A stretch of DNA of 61,001 nt from positions 1-61,001 of the forward strand of contig NMRA01000547.1 in assembly GCA_002633005.1 (NCBI GenBank). The letters are read 5' to 3'. The stretch's first letter is position 1. Every line of letters starts with the position of its first letter. Below are positions 52,091 to 61,001 of this stretch, piece by piece. A model generated the notes under the pieces. That model was given only the letters and a program-made list of their open reading frames with translations. It did not search any database and was not told the origin of the DNA. A program made the position numbers and the translations under genes. This DNA is from Phoronis australis (lineage: Eukaryota; Animalia; Phoronida).

Positions 52091-53469
52091 CCGTATTCAC
52101 CGTATTAACCGCCCAGGGCACTTAGAAAAGTTCAGTTCAAGGGGGGTGGGCGCTTATTATAACCCAGGGTGGTTGAAACCCAGTCTCCGAAACAGGTGAA
52201 ATCGGAAACTAAGATTCATCAAATTTACACTCTGTGACGTATATGTAATCTATGAAAGACTTTCAACAAAACTGTGGTGCATTGCTACCAAAATTTACTG
52301 CTAAATTAAAATCATGTTATAGAAAATTGTGCTGAAATCCCAAGGCGAAAACTCGCCAACTGACTGCCTCGAAATCGCCATCTTCGATATGGTGACTTCA
52401 ACGCTTGAATAAAAAAATTTTCGACTCGAGCAAATTACCAGAAATCCTCATTAAGGTTTATAAGTAGCGTCTCCAAGATTTTTAAAGTTCCCGTGGAGTC
52501 TGGATTAACGGCAGGTTTAAGTACAAATCTGTGCAACATCGTGCCATCTAAATGTATATATGATCGGCAACACGGCGAGAAAAATGTCTGGACGAACACA
52601 CATGTTGTTGTCACGTGACGTAAGCGAGCGCGTGCGTGTCATCAGAGTTCATTTGCCAAAGCAGAGACCATCTTTTGGCCAGAGCCACGCAATCTAACTA
52701 GCTAGATGTGTCTAAAGAAATTTGCACAAGCAGTAGGCTTAAACCAAAGTGTGTTTCATTCAGCACTTCCCGGTCTCGTGCTAAAAACTTTCGACATTTG
52801 TCTCGGTAACGCCCATAATAGTCGCCGTGTAGCTGGATGCGTACGTAACTATCTGACAGTTATTTTTCGGTGTAAGGGTATGTAAGCATTCACTGACAGT
52901 TGTCATTTTATCGGATATTCGGCTTAAAAACACCAATTATGGTTAATCAAACAATCCATCTCAAAAATAACGCAAACATGTTTTATCGGAAATTAGTGCC
53001 AATATTAACTTCTTATCGATGCTATGCTACCCGTTTCATGAATGGATAGTTCCCAACTGTCTTTGATGACAGGTTCATGGATGTAGCGCGCGCTTCCTGG
53101 CCACGTGCGTTTAACACAAGAGTTATTTTTATTCATGAGATAGTCGATGTGTACTGAAAGGTCAGGCCATAGTGGGACGCGGTCGTCGCGAGAGCGTAGC
53201 AACGCTGTTGCATTCTTTTTGAAGCGCTGCGTTACTTTGAAGTGTAAAGTCACGGCTAAATACAAACGTAGCAATGCGGCTGGTGGTCTAGAAGAGCCGT
53301 GCAAAAAATTTTTGATAAATTGAAGACGTTACTGTAGCCGAGTTTTAGGACTGTAGGTACGTCATGGTCCGCATGTACACGTTCATGGACTGGGTGCTTA
53401 TTTCTGCAAAGTCTGAAAACGCGTGGGGGGCGCTTATAGGGGCATGGGCGGTTATTACGGCGAATACAG
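52091..53469 (+). mobile_element. Pogo/Tc2-like non-autonomous element with TA TSD
   Basis: TA|CCGTATTCACCGTATTAACCGCCCA...TGGGCGGTTATTACGGCGAATACAG|TA; imperfect TIR of about 25 bp. Confidence 0.8.
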
Positions 53470-53653
53470 TACCCGCTTTCCTCGCAGTGGGAACGATACA
53501 CCACACCATAGCAACACTCACTCTGCAGAAGAACCACTGAGGTCGTTTCTCACCTTACTCACAGGTTAACGCGTCACAACTTGGCGAGATCGACTGTATA
53601 CGAGGTCAGGTGGATATAGAACGATCAAGACGGTAAAAAAGACTAATTAAATC

Positions 53654-55772
53654 CAGGGCTCGACGCTATTAAAATCGCCAGGTCGCATTTTTCGATCAAG
53701 CCAAAATCCCAGGTCGCATTTTCAAAATCCAGCTCGCATTCGTAAATGCCAGGTCGCAAAATTTTCCTACCATTTTTACGCGCCAAAATAGATTTTTTAG
53801 ATCATCGAGAAAATGTTTAGATTATGCTCTTACCTGCAGCGTCAAATACTCACAAATTTCGTATCTCAAAATTGACTTCATTCATGCAGGTACGGCCTTA
53901 CTGTTCTTCACGACCGCCACTGAAAGTCTCTAGAGCGCAAGGCAAGTTGCCGGCGTGAAAGTTGAATCAGTGCTCTCTAACTGACTTGTGCATTCGAGTA
54001 GCTAAATTTGTGATGTGAAAAGGGAGAAAATGCCCGTTGAAAAAGTATCCGGGATTTTGTTAGATCTGGTCTGCTACTGGCCGTCATCAAAGTCGTTAAC
54101 GATTCAAACTAACTCGGGTAATCGCGAGTTTGCTCTTCAATACCTTCCAAGTACGGAAAAAATAGGTCAGTCGCAAAACGACACGCATGTCACTAGTGTT
54201 AACTTTCTTTCCGAGGTATAAAACAAAGCCGGGATTTGGTTTTTACGTTTTTTAAAACTGAAGTTGTGTAAAATGAAAGTGACACACACCATATAAGCTG
54301 CGTGTCAATTTTAAACCACACGCGGTTGTTTGTAGTGGGCAATGATGGGCGCTAGCTTGAACTGTGGGCACTTAATTGGAAATTCTCAAAATTTAAGGGG
54401 GACTTTTAACAGATCAATGAGCGCTTATTATGAAACACTTTAAGGTAGGGAGTAGGCTTGTGCGTGAGCATAGTCGTTAACCACAGTGTTGGCGGTAATA
54501 AGATATAAAATGCTGCAATGATAAGAAACGTTATAATAATACGATTTTGCGAGGCAAACTCCATCTGGTAGGGGTGACTTTCTGGATATCGTTACCACCT
54601 ACATTGTACCCTTTTTAGCCACTCGGAATGATTTTTTTTAACTGCCCACTTCATCCGGAACAAGGTTGTTTCTATAGGAGTCTGAACACTTTACGGCGAC
54701 GGTGGTTCGGGGAGCGAAAAGTTGCCGGAAGGGGGGTGTATAAAGAGAAGAATGAAATTTCGCTAACTTGAACCACAATTTTGCATCTAGTGCCAGCTTA
54801 GTTGCAATAGCTGGCTAGTGGGCGTAAAATACAGGGTTTATAGAACATCGACCTCGGGAAACATCGAAATAGGATAACGTTAGTTCTGGGTTATATCGGT
54901 CCCGGGACATCGGGTCTTTTATAACCGCTGGGAATCTGAGTTCATTTTCAAATAAACTAGAGCCAAGCCCGTATACTCTTTCATTTAGGACTGTCGCTGT
55001 TCTTTGGAGTGGTGCGCACGCGTGAGTTCACGCACTTGAATCGCTGGAGTAGGCCTGCACTTTACGTTGGCAACAACGTGTGAAAGACAAATAATATTTC
55101 GTGCACGTAGCCCCAGAAACAAGTAAAGGGTTTGAGAATTTCTTGGCAACTGAAAGTAAAGACGTGACCGTCGTTTGGCGATTAGTAAGGTTGTCATTTT
55201 CACTTTGGCTGTCTTAATACGCTTGCGCGCTAATGGTGCTGCAGTGCGGTATCAGGGATATTGTCTTGGATATTTGGTACATGTAATAAGGACACCTTAT
55301 GTGAAAAGTAAACCTTTTTGTCCACCACAAAGTTTGGTAAGTTAATCGCTTAAGAATTAATAGAAACACCGCTGTTTTGTGAAGTTTCATCACGTGTAAG
55401 CAGTGGCTCGAAACTTTCTTCGGCGAATCCGAGAATTTACAAAAGTGGCCGAAAGTGTTAGCCAATGAAACGAGTCAAAGATAGATTCTGCATATCCCAT
55501 GTTTACGCGACTTGCTTACAAGTCATCGAGAGGGCTGTTCTCAGTTAGTGTTCTTTTGAACTCGTATTTGGCAACAACCAAATAGCAGTCGGTTTAACAA
55601 GAGCTGCTTTGTATTTGCCAGGTATCTGATGAGAAGTGTAAAAACTCAGCTCGCATTCGATGGAAATTCCAGGTCGCATTTTGCGACTTCATACGAGCTG
55701 ACAAAAATCTCAGCTCGCATTTCCAAATTTCAGGTCACAAATGCGACCTGCAGCTCGTTATGTCGAGCCCTG
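53654..55772. mobile_element. hAT-like non-autonomous element with 5-bp TSD (hAT5-like)
   Basis: TIR CAGGGCTCGAC/GTCGAGCCCTG; AAATC on both flanks; clusters of caggtcgcatt/cagctcgcatt at both ends. Confidence 0.8.
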
Positions 55773-55796
55773 AAATCGGGTGGCATTCTCCTTTAA

Positions 55797-56155
55797 GTTG
55801 ATAGAGGGGCAGATGCCAACAGACAGACTCAACAACAGTAAAAATGGCCACTAGGTGATGCAAAATACCTCAAATCCATCCTAAAACGGGAGCATTGCGT
55901 CATCTCACAATTAGATGTTCATGAGCCAAAATCTGTCGAGAAACTTTGAAGATAAAGAGGTTAACATAAAAAACTAAAATTACCACTAGGGGGAACACTT
56001 TTAGTCCGATATGTCCAAAAGTTCCCTCATGCCATCTCATTCATGAAAGAAAACCCTGGAAAAGTTCATTCAAGTACATCGAAGAGCTTCAGACATAGAG
56101 CAGCGGACGCCAGCTGGAAGGGGATAATGCGTCCACATATATGTGGGCCCATAAA
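55797..56155 (+). mobile_element. 3' part of a HINE-like element (same family as 8137-9440)
   Basis: One aaaatggccactaggt unit plus terminal hairpin atgcgtccacatatatgtgggcccataaaa. Confidence 0.6.
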
Positions 56156-57769
56156 ATTCAGACTGTTAGCAGCTGCATCCACAGCCAGTGAAACTAACTG
56201 TCACAAATCCACCTGATCTCTAGACTGTTTGTTTGACACAAACAGAAGTGCAGGATGTATCTTACTTCACTAATGCCAGTGGAAGATGTCATGTATTGAA
56301 CACAGCTGCCTTATCGACTCGGAGCAAAGACATTCTGAAGTGACTGAACAAAACGAGAATCTGATTGTGAACATGGAAAATATTTAGCGCCACTGGTAGA
56401 TGTGTATCAACAGTCGTGAACCTCCAAAACTGACGCTCAACATTGAGTGTTTGTTTCACAAAAATGTGTAATATGCCACTACACGTCTGCCGGTTTGCCT
56501 ATGACTGATGTTGCAAAGCAGCAGCGTCAAGGACCAGCCGCAGGTGCACTTAACACTCAACTCATATTGCCCGTCTTTACTGGGCATCACTGATATTGCC
56601 AATGTTTGAAAACTGAGCCAGCATCAACGCAACGCTCGCAAACCAAACAGCATGAGCCAGACCGTGTCACGGAGATGAACGCGAGACTAATGTTCAACAA
56701 CCAACAATATGTAAACAGGGCACATAAAGAAGGCTACTAAGTGGCGCAATATTCGTTGAATCTATCCGAAAATGAAAATGCATAGTTGTCGCCATTATAA
56801 AAAGGAGCAATGCAAGGCACTGAGATGCGACTACGACTGTACCGCAAACCGTGTGCTTTTGGGGTGTTTATCAAAAATGGCCATTGGACAGCACAGAATA
56901 CATTGAACCCACTTAAAAATGGGAAAGCGTCATCATCTCTTCAAGCTATTAGCCAAATTTTATGAAAATCAGTCTTAAGTCTCCAAAGACACAAAGGCAA
57001 ATGTAAAAAATTTCTTTTGGAATGGTGGAACCACAACGGTAGTCAAATACATCCTGAGAAGTTAATAGGAATACCATAATAATATTGCATAGTTTCAAAA
57101 ACATCTTGTAAGGGGTTTATTAATATACAACCTGGCAATTCATATCATTTTGCTCGTTTTCTCACCCAGATACCACATTTGTGAAACGTTGATAGTTAAT
57201 CTGCAAAAGATTTTCTCTCAATTTGGTACATGACTGGAACTAGTTTCACAAGGCAGTGGTCACAATATAATGGTTTGTCATGGATAGCCACATTTCCAGT
57301 TCTTGAAACAAAGTGTTTGGCATCTTGGCTTTTGCTGTTTCCTGCCATACCAACAATGCATGATTTTCAAGGTATTTTCAAGTGTCATCTTGCCATCGTG
57401 ATGTGCAGGCAAAACATTGTCAGAACCTGTCATGAATGGGAAATTCAAGCCATTCATTATTTTTTTGTTTTTACAGACACTAAATGGCACTCCCTAACTA
57501 TCATGCATGCTTTGAAATGCAACTTTTCTCTGGTACCCTCCTGCATCTTACGAGCTATCTCACAACAAGTAATAATCATTTCTAAGTGAATATTACATAT
57601 TTCATGGAATGCTCAAGGTACATTCTAAAAAATTTAAATCTGACACCATGAGGCTTGGTCAAATAGTGACAAATCCTCATCCATTCCCAGGGAACACATG
57701 CAAGATATTTGTTGTACCAGGGTCTTTTTCGCAGTTCAACCAGAGACAACAACACAACAAAACTTAACT

Positions 57770-60543
57770 ATCACTTGGTGGTATAAAATATATCAAGTCT
57801 GTCCGAAAATGAAAAGACAGTCATTTCCTTAATGAAACTAATTTGCTAGAATTTATTGAAAATACATTAATATACTCGGATGATACAGAGCTAAATGTGT
57901 CCATAGGAACATGCCAATCACATTTCACAAAACGTCTTCAAAGAGTTTGAACACTAAATAAATTCAAAATCATAAAAGTGGCCACTCGGTGAAACAAAAT
58001 AAGTCGAATCTGTCCAAAAATGCCAAAATGGAAATGCATAGTTGTCACTTTAATAGAAGCCTACCTATCACATTTTAGAAAAATCCATCAATTAACTCAA
58101 AGATACAGAGGCAACCGAAAAAAAGTAAAACTGCTATTAGGGGGTACACCTGTAGTCAGATTGGTCTAAAACTTGTCGTCATTTGTTACCATATCCAAAG
58201 GGACATATCAGCCACAATTCACAAACATCCACTAAAGAGTTAAAGAGATACAGTTGGGGACAAAAAAACAAACAAAAAAATGTCACCAGGAGTCGCCACA
58301 GTAGTCAAACCTATCTGAAAATCAGTGTCAGCTGCAGCCTTGTCATCAGGAAAACGTCTGCTAATTTTCGTAATAATCCTTTCGATGCTTGGCCAGATGG
58401 GAAGGCAGACATCAGAAGCATATTCAAAAGTTATTTAAATTGCCACGAGGTGGCACGAAACACATCAAACCTACCCAAAATGGGAACACATCATTGTCTC
58501 TTTAATAGAAATTTATAGGCTAAACTTCATGCAAATTCACCAAGGAACTCGGAAGATACTTAGGGAAACATAAAAAAACAAAACTGCCACTAATCGGCCC
58601 ACCTGCAGTCAGATTGGTCTGAAACGTATTGTCATTAGTTATCATCGCCATAGGAACATATCTGAAAAATTTCACAAAGATCCTCAAAAGGGTTAAGGAC
58701 ATGTAGTAGTAGTAGTCAACCTTATCCAATAATCAGTGTCAGCTATGTCCTTCTCATCAGAAACGCATATGCCAAATTTCACAATGATCGTTTGAGAAAT
58801 TTAGCAGGTAGGAAGCGGACATCAAAAACATTTTTAAATTGACCTAAGGTGGCGCAGAATATACCAAAACTGTCCGAAAACAGAAAGGTATCATCATCTC
58901 TTTAACAGAAACCTATTCGGTAAAGTTGATGCAAATCAATCAAAGAACTCCAAAGATACAAAGGCAAACGTAAAAAGCTAAATTGCAACTAGGAGGCAGA
59001 GCAGCTGTCAAATTGATCCAAAACTCATGATTGTCTGCAATCAGCGTTATAGGAATACAGCTGCAACATTTCATTATGATCCTTCAAAGGCTTAAGGAGA
59101 TTCGGCTGTAAAAAGCAAAAAAACGATACAGAGGCGGACACCAATATATGGATTCAAAAATAACAAAAACTTCCACAACGTGGCATAAAATCCATCAAAT
59201 CCTTCCAAAAAAATGGTACTGTAACGTCCATATTAAAAACATTTGGATACGTCAATCATACCATTTTATTCCACCACAACGACCTTGAAGAAAGTTCTGG
59301 GTCCGTCGGATAGAAGGATTGTTAGTTGTAATAACATTAGATTTTTATTCTTCAATAGTTCTACTCCATGGATCAAAAACACATTTATTCACAAGTTTTC
59401 TGTAAAACCAGATAATTATGCGTTTTTACTCAACTACTACACAGACGCCGAAATTAAAGAAATATATATCCTCCCTTTTAATCTACCCATAAACCCTCAT
59501 TTGTCAATGTTTAAATAGTTTTTCATTCACAAAAGAATTTATACAAACAAAATGTTAAAAATATTTGGTATTTCACAAACAGACCAATGTCCCTACTGTG
59601 GCGAAGTCCAGACTTTTCAGCATATGTTTTACAGCTGCGTCTGTGTTAAACGTTTCTGGAATTCTTTACATAATTTCATAAGTAAAGTTTTTAATTTACA
59701 CACTGAGCCATCTATGTACCACTTCTTAGTTTGCTTCTTTGACAATCTAAGTGAAATCTTCAATACCATATACACTCATGCCCAACATTATATTTATACA
59801 TCATCGAGAGATAGGTCTCAACCTTGTTTTAATAATTTTAGATGTATACTTTTGGACGCAGTGAACCTCATTGTATTTAATGCCTTGGATAAATTTTCAG
59901 AACAGTGGAGGGTTTTGCAGGCATCTCTTTAAAATGATTCAAACAATATATGGTGTTATTTTTTTAACCACTTCTGTTGTATCATAAGAAAATTGACCTT
60001 TTCACAAATATGCACTTACGTAAATGTAAACATAAGTTAAGTTAATTAAATTGTGTGAATGTGAGTGTGAATGAGTGTATGAAAGTCCTTCCCCTTCCCG
60101 TTTCCCCCCCTTTCATATTATTCTCGGCTAATTATTCGCCCAATCGTTAGGAGTAATTACTTATTTGTTTAATTAAGATGATGTATTATACTCTAGTAAG
60201 TTGTAAAGATACGTAGTTGGGGCTACCCAACCCCAGCCGTATCTACTATTCATTAATGATATGTTTTTTGGGTAAATAAACGTATTAAAAAGTAAAACAT
60301 TTGCCGAATTTCATGAAAATTCATCAAGGAACTCCAAAGACACAGAGGTAAACGGTAAACGTAAAAATATTAAGTTTCCACAAGATAGTCAAAGCAGTAT
60401 TCAGGTCAGCCCCATAAGAACACACTTGCCACATTAATAAGATCCTGCAAAGGGTTTAGGAGATACAGCTCCCGGACACCGAACGCCAGGACAGAGACAA
60501 TGGTTATATGCACCAGCACATAACATTATGTGGGTGCACAAAA
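57770..60543 (+). mobile_element. Diverged HINE-like element with a tandem unit array, interrupted by a LINE
   Basis: Recurrent degenerate units (aaagatacagagg, aaactgccact, aatttcacaa); terminal hairpin remnant at about 60508-60540. The left boundary is approximate. Confidence 0.5.
59246..60293 (+). mobile_element. 5'-truncated L1/Tx1-type LINE 3' end with 10-bp TSD
   Basis: IYILPF...HKRIYTNKML...CPYCGEVQTFQHMFYSC...FW (zf-RVT-type CCHC); AATAAA near the end; aaaacatttg at 59236-59245 and 60294-60303. Confidence 0.8.
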
Positions 60544-60625
60544 ATGAAAGGTCAGCAATATCATCAAGCCAGGTTTCCTGCAGACAAATTGCTATCAAAC
60601 TAAGCTAAGATACTTTGTATGTTTA

Positions 60626-61001
60626 AACAAGAGCAACGCAGAGCGTTGAAATGCGCCCACAATTGCACCGTATACGGTATCCTTCTAGGGTTGTTTATTG
60701 GTACCATAAAGTGGCCAGTAGAGGGCATATATGTAGTATGCTGTACTTTGCAAAATGGAAAGGCATGGTCATTGTCTCCTCAATAGGCTAGGGGCAAAAT
60801 GTGAGTGATCTTCATAATACAAGCACATCCTATACATCTGTTGCTTAAAGCACCACAGAAACATAGAATTAAAAACAAATTTACCAACATACGAGATCAG
60901 CACAGCATTAGAATGCCAGAAACAAATTTCTACTTGGAACTTTTCCTTCATAGTCACGAAGTAACACAAAGTATACACCTGAAGACCTATGAAAATACAG
61001 A
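60626..61001 (+). mobile_element. 5' end of another HINE-like element running out of the window
   Basis: Starts AACAAGAGC; subterminal ATGCGCCCAC (60651-60660) is complementary to the gtRggcgcat arm of the family's 3' hairpin. Confidence 0.5.

Noticed and set aside
59246-59330. Possible 5' inversion (twin priming) of the LINE fragment
   Set aside because: The forward frame is open and continuous with ORF2.

Overview
Eukaryotic, AT-rich window from a marine-invertebrate-like genome (element repertoire suggests a mollusc or other lophotrochozoan; inference). It is made almost entirely of nested transposable elements around a few host exons. Host sequence: one convincing 60-bp exon of a CutA-like gene (744-803) and a few weaker candidate exons at 25-28 kb. 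Retroelements: GalEa-like Copia copies (1795-6094, partly duplicated across an N gap; 45982-50714); a complete but degenerate BEL/Pao element with TSD (14133-20299); a Gypsy solo LTR with TSD plus a 3' fragment of the same family; L1/Tx1-type fragments; and a full-length Ingi-like LINE (APE-RT-RNase H, 14-bp TSD) whose 5' end is a well-formed HDV-like self-cleaving ribozyme. DNA elements: a TTAA-modular KolobokP-like transposase cassette in three copies; a 22-bp-TIR element that apparently made no TSD; a hAT-like element with a 5-bp TSD; pogo-like non-autonomous elements; Helentron-type elements with internal tandem arrays; foldback MITEs. No intact host gene, rRNA, tRNA or CRISPR array was recognised. 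Family assignments rest on recalled motifs and structure, not on database searches.
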